NCBI GenBank assembly: GCA_964016885.1
Contig: OZ024740.1
Coordinates: forward strand, 288,920,001 to 288,984,000
Direction: 5' to 3'
Source of the DNA: Eledone cirrhosa
Lineage: Eukaryota
DNA: 64,000 nt
Each line of letters starts with the position of its first letter. The first letter of the stretch is position 1. A model generated the notes under the pieces. It saw only the letters and a list, made by a program, of their open reading frames with translations. It searched no databases and had not been told where the DNA came from. This document shows, piece by piece, positions 37,393-50,349 of this stretch. A program made the position numbers and the translations under genes.

Positions 37393-37812
37393 ATATATAT
37401 ATATGTGGGTGTCTGTGATCTATATACACTGGTCATAGACACACACACATATACACACACACTCACATATATATATATGCACAATAACACCACCAGCTCT
37501 CTCTCTCTCTCTTCCATTCTCCTTCCCTGTATCCTCTCCCTCTCTCTATGTCTCTCTTTCAATCTACTCTCTCACAACCACTATCTCTTTCTATCTATCT
37601 TTCTCTTTCTCTGTTTATAAAGGTACCCGGAATAACCTCATATCGCGGAAACCCATGCTCCGATTTACGCGAAACTTGTTTTATTCCATTTGTATTCCCA
37701 TTTCAGAGTCAACTTCCTTTCAAAGTATTTTCCCATTATGCGCCCTTTTGGCTGTATTACATCACAGATAAGCAAGCAAGCAAGCACAGAGTTTTAGTAG
37801 TATATATATAGA
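37165..37812 (-). mobile_element. Non-autonomous Helitron
   Basis: Minus strand starts TCTATATATATACTACTAAAA. It ends with a 7-bp hairpin (CGTGACC/GGTCACG, 37175-37193) and then CTAG, flanked A|T. Confidence 0.85.
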
Positions 37813-38882
37813 TAGATAGATAAAATGAAATGGTCTGTGCTGACTGAAACCCTTTCATGTCCACATATAGAAGGAATTAATATGATTAAATGTTGTTAAT
37901 GAATTGCGATGAAAGAAATATAAATTATATAAAACAAAAACAAAAAATGTCTTGTTATTTTCAAGTGGTTTTGCTTTCTATATTTCTCGTGAGTACAATG
38001 GTGAAGCTTATCAGAAGAAATAGTTTAATATAGATATAATAGAGGTCTTTGATGCTTTCACTGTTTGGCTATATTTACCTTCAAGCCCTTCAATGTAAGC
38101 CATACACCCCCGTGTTTCAAACTCCATATCTTTAATTGATTCTATAACAAGAATTCATTTGTTAACAAATAAATGGTTAGTAAATGCATTGTAGAATTGT
38201 TCTTTTTGTTAAATACTTCTCTTGTTGCTGTCTTAACAGTAACATGACAGCTGTGGTTCTTTACTCAGAATAAAATAGAAATTGCAACATAACTTTATTT
38301 TGTAATAATGTTGTTACAGCTCACACATAATGAAGTTTAGCTGACCTCTGAGGTTGCATCTTATAAGAGATTTCTCAGGTGTTTTAATGATAGGGGCCTC
38401 AGTTCTACCACAAAGTCTTACTCCTGGACCAGATGTCAATTTGTTGCAGAGGTTAACTACCAGCAGTTATGCTGCTACTCATTTCTTTTCAGATGAGTAG
38501 ACTGGAAGAGCATATACTGAAGCATCTTGCTCAAGGACACAGCATGCTGTCTGGTCCAGTAATCAAACCCACAATCTTATGATTGTGAGTTCAACACCCT
38601 AAGAAGAAGAAGGAGGAGGAGGTCTTTCCTTTTTGTCTCGCCTTGAGAAGCATTTTCATTCTGTCATAGTTGGGAATTACCTTCATTTTTCTTCATTTCA
38701 AAAAATATGTATTTAGTTCATTAAAAAAAATAATTGCAAGAATTATCTCTCTAGTGTTCTGAAAGTTTACCATCCACAAACAAATGCCAAAATAATCAGC
38801 TGTATTATGTTAGATTATAGTATGGTCGATTGCCAAAAATGATAAAGGGTTGGACTAAATGTGAGGCTTGTGCTACCATTAA

Positions 38883-39100
38883 CCCTTTAGCATTTAAATC
38901 AGCTATATCCAGCCAAAATTCTCTGACCTCTTTCTGTTCAAACTGGCTGTAACTGGCTGCTCATACTGATGTTAAGGTATTGTTCTCAAAATAAATATCA
39001 AAACCTCATAGATTCGATATTATGTGAGATAATTATGTGAGGTAAAGCCTTTACCGAGAAAATACAATAGTAAATATAGAGTAATGTAAATGCTAAAGTG
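38883..39100. mobile_element. piggyBac-type MITE, family 1
   Basis: TTAA CCCTTTAGCATTTA .. TAAATGCTAAAGTG TTAG. Confidence 0.85.
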
Positions 39101-39845
39101 TTAGGGCCAACTAGACAGTCACCTAGGGTGTAGATCTCAGAAAAGAGCACTAATTTTATACAAATTTGTATAATTAAATTTAGTATATAATAATTTCATG
39201 CAATCAATCAATGATGTATTAAACATCTTTGCCTCGCATTGTGAAAATATTCAAAGTTGTGGAGAGGGTCATATGGTGTTATGACCCGTCACACGGTTTG
39301 GTGTGGGTGAATGTGGACTGTAGTAGAAAATGCAGGCTTACTATTTTTCTTATTGTAGTTAGAGCAAGAGGTGTCAAAAAACTTGGGCTGTTAATTTATC
39401 AAACTGAAAATTGAAATTATTTTATTTGGAAGAATGGGGTGTATAACAGGGACAAAGTGTGTACATTGTAGAGCTAGCCTAGTGTGCTAAATACCTAGTT
39501 GTCAGCTCTGATTAAATGCCTTTTACTATGTCTTTATATTAAATTCAGATCTTATCAAGACCAACTTTACCTTTCACCCCTTCATGGTTGATAAAATAAG
39601 CACTGGAATTGCTTCAATTGACCCTGTTCTATATATTTGTAGCTTTGTGTGAAAAATTATATTAAATTACAATAATTCTAAAAGTGAAGCATAATTTGAT
39701 TTTGATAATTACATGGTGAGGTTTCATTACGACAACTAAATATAAAGCAATAAAGTAACTGAAACAGTAAAATGTACTAGGTGTCTGTTATTTACTATAG
39801 TCTTATATGTTATAAGTTTAAATCCTAATATTTAACTCAGTTTAA

Positions 39846-40061
39846 TCCTTTAGCATTTACATTACTTTATAGTTACTATTATATATTCACGGTAAAAGCT
39901 TTATTTCACATAATTATCTCAAATAATAGTGAATCTATGAGATTTTGATATTATTTATTTTGAGAACAATACCTGAACATCAGTATGAGTGGCCAGTTAC
40001 AGCTGGTTTGAACAGAAAGAGGTGAGAGAATTCTGGCTGGATACGGCCGGAATGCAAAAGG
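39846..40061. mobile_element. piggyBac-type MITE, family 1, opposite orientation with eroded ends
   Basis: Reverse match to 38883-39100. Confidence 0.8.
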
Positions 40062-40296
40062 TAAACAGATAAACAATACAGAGAAACGATACAGTACATT
40101 GAAGATATATATTAGTTTAATGCTTGATATTGTAGAAAAAGAGTCTTAATGTTTTGGCTGTTAGTCCTTCATTAGAAGATAAATGAAATATAAAAGAAGA
40201 AACATTAAGACACTTTTCCTACTATATCAAGTGTTAAACTAATATATATCTTCATTGTACTGTATCATTTTCCTGTGTTGTTTATCCATTTACCTT
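40058..40296. repeat. Imperfect inverted repeat with arms of about 97 bp; probable inverted Penelope terminal repeats
   Basis: 40058-40154 pairs with 40200-40296. A further arm copy lies at about 30510-30605. Confidence 0.8.
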
Positions 40297-41739
40297 ATAC
40301 ACACACATACACACACACATCAAGCTTATGTGGACACCCTAAATTTGTAGGATTCCTACATTAGATTTTCACCTTGGAATTGAACTTCTACCTGGACATC
40401 TTCAGATTACTGGGTCTTTCTCTCTGAATTTTGTCTATATATATCATGCCTTGCTTTCTGATCTTGTACCAAAGTTAGAAAACATAACTAAATATGTTTG
40501 GATAATTCTGTTATTATTTTATTCTTTTACTGGCTTCAGTCATTGAACTCTGGCTGTGTTAGGGCACCGCTTTTCAGGGTTTAGTCGAATATGTCAACTC
40601 CAGTTTATTGATCTCTATTTGTCATAAACATTTATTGGACATAAACAATCCTATATTTTTATTTCTATTTTAGACTAATGTAAACATAAGCACAGACATG
40701 GGCACGCACATACATACACAGCTTCCACACAGTTTCTAGTTACTAAATTTCACCTACAACAAGAGTCAATAGTAGAAGACAGTTGCCTAAACAGATGTGC
40801 TGTAGGATCAGACATTGAACTGTGTAGTTGGGAAGCATACTTCTTAACCACACATTCATATCTGCTAATTTTGAGGTAGTTTGTGGAAAAGTACAGTTAT
40901 TAAGAAATTTTTATATTTTATAAACTATGTCAAAGGAAAGAGTATCAAAAATGAGTACTTGGTTGAAATTGAACCTATGTCTCATAGTTGATTTAACTCC
41001 CACTAGGTACTCATTCTTTTATTCTCTTTTGTGCGTCTCATTAGTGTTCACATATACAAATACAATTAGTTTAACTCTTAACCAGTAATAGTTTAGCAGA
41101 AAATATCTAAAAATAAGTTTATTAACTAAAATGCTTATAGTATCTTTACTACAAGACAGATAATTGTAAAAAAATTACAGTATTGGAGTAAATACTCTAA
41201 TTTATAACATGATACAGTCAATTATACTAAAAGTAATGTTCCATATGCATGGTGTTTATTTTGTAGAAAATACCTAAAAACAGGTTTGTTAGTTCAAATG
41301 TTTATAGTATCTTTATTAGGGAACAGGATGTTGTAAAATTTTGCAGTTTTAGAGTAAGCACATTTTTGAAGTGATGCAATCATAGTGCTGTTTTGTACTT
41401 TCCAAGAATGTCTGGCTAATGCAGTCTCATGCAGTATAAGGCATTAAGATATAAAAAAAAACTATTGAACGCAAATATTTTAAATTTGAATCCTGTTTAT
41501 TCTCAGAATAATTTAATATAATTATTAGGACCTTAACTTTTTCTGCTTATTTTTCAAATTACAATTGTGAACAATATCATTTGATGTCAAAAAGAGATTC
41601 AAAAGGAAAATCAGTAGTTGACTACATATTTTGTTATGATAATTCTATGTGGCAGTCCAGGGTTTAGTGGTTAGGTTGTAAGGTTGTGAGTTCAATTCCT
41701 GGACAGTTGGCACATTGTATCTTTGAGCAAATGGACAGC

Positions 41740-42480
41740 AACACATATATTGGATGCAAGCCCACTTTAGCCACAGGTTCTGCACTTTCACAAGCTTGAT
41801 TTCAGCTCCGTTTGTGTTGGACATTATCATAAACGATCCATTTTTCATCACCTATGACAATTCTGTCCAATAACGGTTCTTTTTCGTGGAGTAACAACAA
41901 AGAAATTGCTGCAGAAACACAATTCAGCTTGTTTGTTCTGTTCTATCAGAACAATGTGTTGAGTTTTGAAACGAACCCAAGTCTCTTCAAATGATGATAG
42001 GTAGTTAAGATATCAATTTTCAAACTCTTAACAATCTCTTCTGTTCAAATCTTCAGTTCATTCACCATGATAGCAAGCAGAGCATCTTCATTGATGTTGG
42101 AAGTTTGCTAGGAGTGTGGTTGATTGTTTAGGTTAAAATCACCCTGGTGAAATCTGCCAAACCACTTTTTGACCATCTGAAGAGCTGGAACATAATCTAA
42201 GTAAACTTTCTGAATGTTTTTTGTTGCAGTTCTGATGCTTACTCCTTTCTGAAATTCATAGAGCATAATATTGTGAAAGTGCAACTTTTCATCCTCCATC
42301 TTTAAGGCATGCATTTGTGGACAAAACATCAACATTCAACAAAGTCTGACTCACAACTGAACAATGCAAGGTTTCAATCTAGAAGGCACCAAAAATCGGC
42401 ACCAAAATAAATGCCAGTGTCAAGTTGCAGTTATTTTATATTAACAATGAAAATCAGGCACAAACTTTTGCATTGATCTG
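41740..42480 (-). mobile_element. mariner transposase remnant
   Basis: HFHNIMLYEFQKG..VKKWFGRFHQGDFNLNNQPHS (HTH) and LDRIVIGDEKWIVYDN. TIR-like sequence at about 42450-42480. Confidence 0.85.
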
Positions 42481-43181
42481 AGTGATGGCTGTTCTTGTCT
42501 CTGTTTTTAGCTCCTTTGTGAATATATATTGTATTCCTAACCTCTGTACAGCTCTATTACTGATGCTGGAGATATGATCTGTCCACACAAACAGGCTGTT
42601 CAAAGTAACATCCTGAATTTAAAATTATTTTTTCATATCCAGCTTCTTTCTTTTTTTTTTATCATTTAGTGAGAAAGGAGAGCATTGCCCTCTTTTCAGG
42701 GCTATACTTTCAATGGAGTAGACCCTGCTAAAAGTATCCAAGGGCTTAGATGTGGTGTTAAACCAATCAACAAATAAAGTCTACTTTTAGAATTGTTTTG
42801 AACTGCTATGTTATTTACACATACCTTTTTGATATATGTGATACAAAAACATACACATGCCTGTATGTATGTAAGTAGACACATATTCATACACACTCAA
42901 ACGTTCACACACACACACATCTATATAATGAAAACTTGGATATTTGTATATGAATTGTTTGAATGTGTATTTTCCCCCTACAACTGAATGATTGTGGGAA
43001 TGTACCTTCACCAATTTTGGTTAACTGCAACATGAAGTGCTGTGCATTGCCTACAAACATAACAAAACAATATAATAAATTTATGATTCCTAAAATGCAA
43101 TTCAACTTTTGATCGCCCTTTTTTCTTGATAAAGTTATTCTCTTGATATAAAATTAAAAACTACATATTTTGTTATTTCAG

Positions 43182-43344
43182 TTCAAATTTGACGCTCAAC
43201 TTTTATTAGTGAAAATCCACTACTGCCGTGGCAATTACACTGGGGCTTATGCTTTGCTGGAAAAGGCTGATATTGATAACATCACTATTAAGTCGCCTTC
43301 AATTCGGTTTCTACGGATTTTAGCTGAAGGATATGCTATTAAAG
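43182..43344 (+). CDS. TTC7: TTC7 coding exon 3
   Basis: Acceptor TTTCAG, phase 0. FKFDAQLLLVKIHYCRGNY..RFLRILAEGYAIK resembles TTC7B RLRVIAEAYATK. Donor G|GTAGG, phase 1. Confidence 0.92.
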
Positions 43345-44446
43345 GTAGGGAACACATTTTATTAGTTGTCACCTCTTGCTTGCAATATCTTCTCTTCCAT
43401 ATTTCATCAGTTAAAAAGATACTGTAATCTAATATAAACATTAAAGATTTCATCTTTGAAGGATTTAGTTGAAAACATTTAGATAATTATTTTCCAAATC
43501 TCAAGATTTAAGGGAGATTTGGTTGCTATTTCTTTCAGGTTGGGTGACCAGACCATCTAAATGCTCCTTTGTTACATAATGCATGAGTTGTAAGAGAAGA
43601 ATTATCAACTTTACATTTGTTTTTCCATGTTGTCATGGGTTGGATCAGATGTTTTGAGGCAGTTTTTCTGTGGCTGGATGTCCTTCCTGACACTAACTCA
43701 TACTTAATTTATAAGTATGGTATATAATGCTCATCTTGGTTGAACTGCTACACCATAGAATGCATTTTTATGTAGGACATAAACAAACATCACTGCTAGT
43801 TTTAAGCATTGTTAATATGGAAGTACGTACAATAAACTCTCTCTCTCTTTTGCACACACAAATATGATGGACTTCTTTACAGTTTCCATCTCCCAAGTTC
43901 ACTCACAAGGCTTTGGTTTACTCAAGGCTATAGTATAAAATACTTGATTAAGGTGCTGGACAGTGGGATGGAACTTGATGTCACATGGTTGCAAAGTGAA
44001 CTTCATAATTACACAACTACACCTGTGTCTATTCAAGTGCATAGTAATACTATATTTAGTTGTTAATTTGATTACTTATATATTTTTTAATGATTTGTAG
44101 TTTGTGGTTTTAAGAAGACTAAGTGTTATTACTAAAAACCGATCCAATCTTCCATACTTAGAATTGTACTATTCTCTGTACTTTTCTCTAATAATTAGCA
44201 CTTGATAGAGACTCAAATGATTTCTAGGGCATATTTGAAATAGCATTACCAAATATAAAAGAACATATGAAATAATAACAGGAAAGTGAATACAATATCT
44301 TGGAATTCCATAAATTATCAACAAAAAGCCATGTCAAAATAGGTAGGGATGCCAGTTCAGTCACATTAAAAGGACATGACAACATCTTTGGTGTTAATGT
44401 CATGATAAAACGCACCTAGTACACACTGTAAGGTGTTTGGCATTAA

Positions 44447-44663
44447 CCCTTTAGCATTTATATTACTCTTTATTTACTATTATATTTTCTTGGTAAAGGC
44501 TTTTCCGCACAGTTATCTCACATAATATCGAATCTGAGATTTTGATATTATTTATTTTAAGAACAATACCTTAACGTTGGTATGAGCGGCCGGTTACAGC
44601 CAGTTTGAACAGAAAGAGGTGAGAGAACTCTGGCCGGATACAGCTGGTTTAAATGCTAAAGGG
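44447..44663. mobile_element. piggyBac-type MITE, family 1, inserted into a SINE core
   Basis: Perfect TIR CCCTTTAGCATTTA / TAAATGCTAAAGGG with a TTAA duplication. Flanks rejoin as TGGCATTAAAGAAGGCACC. Confidence 0.9.
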
Positions 44664-45244
44664 TTAAAGAAGGCACCTAGCCATAGAGACCATAGCAAAA
44701 ATGAACCATATTGAACAAGACATGTTCTCCTGACTTGATTAAGAAGACAGTAACCCTGATTAAGTATGATTTGATCTATAATGATCCATCCAGCCCATGC
44801 CAGGATGTAAAATTAGATGTAAAATAGACAGCAAACATTTTGAAACATGAGTCAATTATCAAGGAAGGTTTTTGAATTAAAGACAACCAGCAAGATGAAG
44901 ATAGACTTGATGGATATTGCAAGAACCCTTTTAATATGCAGAAAAGGGGTATTATAAGAAATATAGCATTTACAGGCTTTGTTAGCCAACTGTAAACATT
45001 TTTAAGTAAGGACTTAATGTTGATATTTTTATATGTCAAGACCATCATATGCACTTGTTTATGTATTTCATTATCATCAACACTATTTTTACATCTGCTT
45101 TTCATGCTAGCATGAATTGGTTGAGACTTTTGGGGTAATTTTTCTTCGGATGGCTACTTTTTGTTTTTAAGTAAGAGTACTGATTATCACATAACATGCT
45201 GCTGAACTGCAGGACGTAAACAAACTTCAAATTTGAAACAAAGG

Positions 45245-45632
45245 TGTAGGTCTGTTCTCGCGACGGGGTCACCAATTTAGAAATAGTATCTTATGACTTT
45301 ATAATGTTTATAATATATAATTTATTTACAAACAGATTACAAAGGTTTAGCTGGCATGCCATAATGAAGTGAATAGACAAATTAAGAGTTTAAGGAGGTA
45401 CGGTCAACTGGCTGAGGCGTTAGCCAGACCCGTAGTGATATTTGTTGCTACATATTGTCTATGCTTGAGGAACAAAATCAAGAGATGTTTACCTTGGTGG
45501 TGTCGAGCTGCAAGAGAGAGATTTTCGGCGGAAGTTGAAATACATCTCCCTGCGCTGGTAGCGATTGGCTGAACTTAACCAAACAACGTATGGAGAATGT
45601 AGTCAAGAGCCATCAGAATGTAGGTCACTACA
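45245..45632 (-). mobile_element. Probable solo LTR
   Basis: TGTAG..CTACA termini, AAGG / AAGT flanks (3 of 4 match), and AATAAA on the minus strand near 45321. Confidence 0.5.
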
Positions 45633-46352
45633 AAGTCACACACATATATACACATGTATGAATACACATATATACATTAATATATGCATGCACTGTAAAG
45701 TGGTTGTGTAGGAGTCATGACAAAAAGCACCCAGCACACACTGTAAATGTGGTTGGCATTAGGAAGGGCATCCAGCTGTAGAAACCAAGCCAGAAACAGT
45801 ACTATATGAACAAGACATGGTCACCTGACCTGACTTGCTTTTAAGGGGACAACCCGTCTAACTCATGTTAGCGTGGAAAATGGACATTAAACAATGATGA
45901 TGATATATATATATACACACATACATATAGAATAACTTCTAGAAAGTTACTGATGGGTAGATTCCTAGTAAAGTAACCTAAAATAAGATAGCTTCACTAG
46001 TAACCTCTCCCTTACTGCAGTTTTGAGTATTAAGAAACTGCGTTGACCATCTCAAATTAAAACAGGCAATACTGGAATAAGATAATCTCATCGGATGATA
46101 TTCTTTGAAAGAGTAAAATAATATTTACCTGTTAGTAAATGGAATTAATCCCTACTGATCCAGTGTGGTTTATAAAATTGCATGCATGCATAGATCAACC
46201 AATTACTTGAATATTTGTATATTATGGACAATGTGACAAGTATAAAATGCGTAGGCTTCCTTGACAGGATGAGTGTCCCAGTTTTTGCAACACTGATTTT
46301 CATTCCAGCCATGCAGCACTCGGCACCAAACCTATCAAGTGCAAGTCGGAGA

Positions 46353-46700
46353 TCATCTTCATCATCATTTCATCATTTCATTTTACGTCCGCTTTTTCCC
46401 TGCTTACAAGGGTGGGACGGGAACTGATTCTGGCTTGATTTCTACAGTTGGATGCCCTTCCTAACACCAACCTCATTTACAGTGAGTGCTGCGTGCTTTT
46501 TTGCTGTGGCACCTCCACGACCACTTTGCAGTGGAATGATAGGGACCCCAGTCCCTATCATCTCATTTCTACAGCTGAGTAAACTGGAGCAATGTGAAAT
46601 AAAGTGTCTTGCTCAAGGAAACAACACATCACCCGGTCTGAGAATTGAACTCACAACCTTTCGATTGCAAGGCCAATGCTCTAACCACTAAGCCATGTGG
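46353..46700 (-). mobile_element. Full-length SINE: tRNA-like head, middle domain, RTE 5'-UTR-like core, RTE B tail
   Basis: Minus strand: TGGCTTAGTGG (A box), GAGTTCAATTC (B box), CCTTGAGCAAGACACTT, GGAAGGGCATCCA, CCCGTCCCACCCTTGTAAGCAGGGAAAAAGCGGACGTA. Confidence 0.85.
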
Positions 46701-47200
46701 GTTAAGTAACACCATGTCGTCTGTAAATTCCAGCCAACTGATTTTACACCCACCAGTCATGACACCACTTCTAACCAAGCTGCTTATGTCAATCCTGTTC
46801 ATGAAACTAATGAACAGCAGAGGTGACAGTTTAGTACCATTTATCCAAACATAAAATGTCGGGCATTCGTATAGAGGCGTCAGGGCAGCAATAAGTTGAC
46901 CATCGATCCCATACACCTGCACAGCATTCCACAGCAGGTCCCGAGAAACGTGGTCATATGCCTTTTCAATAACTACGAAACAACAATATATCTCTTGGCA
47001 ACACTCTCACGATTTCTTGAAGACCTACTTCAGTGTGAATATTTGGTTGGCTGTGCTGCACCAGGGCGAAAAATGCACTGTTTATCAGCTAGCTAGGACT
47101 CAACAATCTTGCTGCATCTCTTTGCCAGACACTTAGCATAGACTTTACCGGTGAGGCTTAACAAGGAGATCCCTCTGTAATTGCAACAGTCTCTCTTGTC
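46701..47200 (-). mobile_element. RTE RT fragment, same family as 1-690
   Basis: YRGISL, LSPLLFISFMNRI, EFTDDMVL. Reverse match to 1-125. Confidence 0.75.
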
Positions 47201-47649
47201 TTCATATATATATATATATGTATATATATAATAAAAAAAACCCGATGAAGTTTCGTTTACTTGTTTTTATTGATTATCGACCTGTTATGTACATTTCACA
47301 GAGTGCTCATATTGATACCACCACCAGTAATTCAACTATACTATATATATCATCATCATCACCGTTTTACGTCAATTTTTCCATGCTAGAATGGGTATAT
47401 ATATATATGACGAGCTTTTTTACAATTTCTGTTTGCAAAATTTACTCACAAGACATTGATCAGCTTGTGGTTATAGTAGAAGACACTGGCTTAAGGTGCT
47501 ATGTAATGCAACCACCTGGTTGCAAAGTGAACTTCTTAAGTACATAACCATGCCTGCATCTATACAGTCATATCTGTAATTTTTTATCTAACTCATTATA
47601 AAAAAATTTTACGAATTTTTATCTATGTATATATATTTTCTCATTGCAG

Positions 47650-47902
47650 GTCTTTGCTTAGAACGGATGCCCCCTGCGACCACTAGCAAATTTAAAGCTG
47701 CTGAGAAAGAGGAAAAGATAATTCATTATTTTGAAAAAGCTGGAGACCTAGCATTGCTACATTTACAAGAACAGGAGAGGAGTCAAACCAGTGGACAGCT
47801 AACTGTAGGGCAGGTGTCACTAGCCCCTGTTAATTTGAACGACGTGGGACTTATTCTGGAAACTGCTATACAACAGGCTCCCATTTTACATATTAAAAAT
47901 GG
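47650..47902 (+). CDS. TTC7: TTC7 coding exon 4; the gene continues beyond this point
   Basis: Acceptor TTGCAG, phase 1. GLCLERMP..YFEKAGDLALLHLQE..GLILETAIQQAPILHIKNG resembles TTC7B GLCLEKLP..YEKAGDIALLYLQE..FKNG. Donor GTCAGT, phase 2. Confidence 0.93.
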
Positions 47903-49239
47903 GTCAGTATTTTGAGTTTTTCTTATCTCCCTTGATGCCAATTATCTCCCTTACTTTTGTATTGCTCATTTTATTTGTTTACCAATCATTGATCTTCTTT
48001 CTCTTTCATGGAATTTATTGATTAGAAATCAGATACTATTAACTCAGTGATTTTTGATAAAATCGAATGGCTTAAAATAGATCTTGTTTGTCTGAAGCTA
48101 GTTAAGATTGCCGTGACCTATATAAGAATGGTAGTCTTCGTGTGTGTAAATGAAGTTGGCTGTGCAACTGTTGTAATTAATGATTGCATGTTACATTATT
48201 TGTTGCTGTTATTGTTATCATCATCATCACCACCACCACCACCACAACCGTGATCATGACCATGATCTCAGTACTATTATTATCTCATTATTTTTATTAT
48301 CTTTTTATTATAGCTATTATCATTATTCTTGTTATTCTGATCATATACTTTTTCCTGTTTTACCCTAAATTTACAATTCATCTAGAATTCCTTGTTTGCC
48401 TCAGTTTTATTGGTTGATCGGTACTACTCCAACTTCACAGTTGAGTGGTTAGTGGTAAGAAGGACATTCAATCAATAAAATATTATATTTCTCACCCAAA
48501 CGTTTGCAAATCCATAGTCTAAAATTAAATGTTGTTATGAAAAACGTATTAATACTACCCCCACCGCACCAAATATCTGAAATCTTCCTGCTTTTAAACA
48601 GAAACCACCCGTTTAGCTATTTACATAATTAATCAAAGAGTACTGCTATTATGTACAGAGAGAATGAGCAACACATATATTCACATATATTTGTGCATAT
48701 ATGTATTTACTTAATTCATGGTATAGACTTTAATATAAATTCTGAAAGAGTATGTGATGACTACCCAAATACATACATATCTATATGTACATATATGCAT
48801 ATGCACACACATGCATATGCACACATATGCATATGCACACACATGCATATGCACACACATGTATATGCATATGCACACACACGCACATACACACACACCC
48901 ACATTAATCAAAATCCTTTTATATCTGCTCTTCATGATATATATCGTCACCACTATCATATCTGTTTTTCCAAGCTTACATGAGTTAACAAATCCTCTCT
49001 AGTATGACATCCTTTCACTTATTTTTGGATGCTTTTCCAGAGTGTACTGGGTGTATTTTATCATGGCACCATTACCTCCAATTACAGAATATACTAGGTG
49101 CATTTTATCATGGCATTAGCACTACCAACCATTTACAGAGTGTACTAGGTGCATTTTATCGTGGCACTAGCCACAATAAATCAACATTACAATTGACAAT
49201 GTTCATACTTGGAAGGAAGAAGCTTCAAGTAATATGATG

Positions 49240-49630
49240 CAGTCTTGAAATTTTTGTTGCCACAATGCATAAATAATTTTAGAGGTGGAAGCTGTTGTTG
49301 AAAAGATGACACACATTGTTGAACAGATTGGATTCAATGAAGTTGACTCTACTAACAATTATGAATTGTTTGACTCTCATAGAGTCAAGCAATTCCTAGA
49401 GGAATTATCTAATGGTGATCTTCTTTGATAAGATGAAAAAAAAAAACATTTGAAGAAGCAGATAATAATTTTTTTTCTTACATTAAGCAAATGAAGGGGT
49501 TCTCAATCAAGAAATATATTTAGAAATATGAAAGCATTATACGAAATGATCATGTATACTGATCCCAATATTGAATGATGCTTGTAAGTCTGTCATAATC
49601 TAGATAAAGATTTCATAAATTACAAGTGTA
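49240..49630 (+). mobile_element. Tigger/pogo-like transposase C-terminal remnant
   Basis: IGFNEVD..ELFDSH..EELSNGDLL and DPNIE*C motifs in broken frames. Confidence 0.45.
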
Positions 49631-50349
49631 TCATGCATATCATCTTTATCATCATCATCATTTTCTGTCCACTTTCCTTGCTGACATAGGTTGTTGGTTG
49701 GATAGGGTGACATGGGCCAAGTCAGGTTTTATTTAAAGTTACTATTTAAAACTTTTTAAATCAAAAATTTAGTTTTCTAAAATAAAATATACCATATTGC
49801 ATTGTTAGTACTATATAATGCTTTCTAATTTAAGCACAAGGCCAGCAATTTTAGGGGAGCAGAAAGCCAATTAAAGTGACTCAAGTACTTTACTTATATT
49901 TTAATTTATTGACCTTAGAAGGATAAAAGGCAAAATTGGCTTCTGCAGGATTTGAACTCAGAATGTAAAGAGCAGTAACAAATAAGTATTTGTCTGATGC
50001 TCCAACGACTCTGCCAATCCACTGTCTTTATAATTTCTAGTATAGACACAGGGCCAGCAATATTGGGCAAGAGGAAAGTTGGTTGAATTGAGCCAGTATA
50101 GGACTGGTACTTTATTTTATTGTTTCATTCTTCTGGGGTCATCATCATCATCATCATCATTTTCGTTTAATGTGGAAAATGGACGTTAAACGAAGATGAT
50201 GATGATGATGATGACCCCAGAAGGATGAAAGGCAATGTTAATTTTAGTGGTATTTGAACTCAGAACATAAAGAACTAGAATAAATACTGTGACACATAAT
50301 TACAATGCTCTAATGACTCTGCCAACCCACTACCCTGTTGGTCTTATCT

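Noticed and set aside
46630-46700. tRNA gene
   Set aside because: A and B boxes are present, but there is no convincing cloverleaf and it continues into a SINE body. The same holds at about 6640, 41650 and 53067.
48180-48417. His/Thr/Ile-rich ORFs
   Set aside because: Translation of (CAT)/(CAC)/(TAT) microsatellites.
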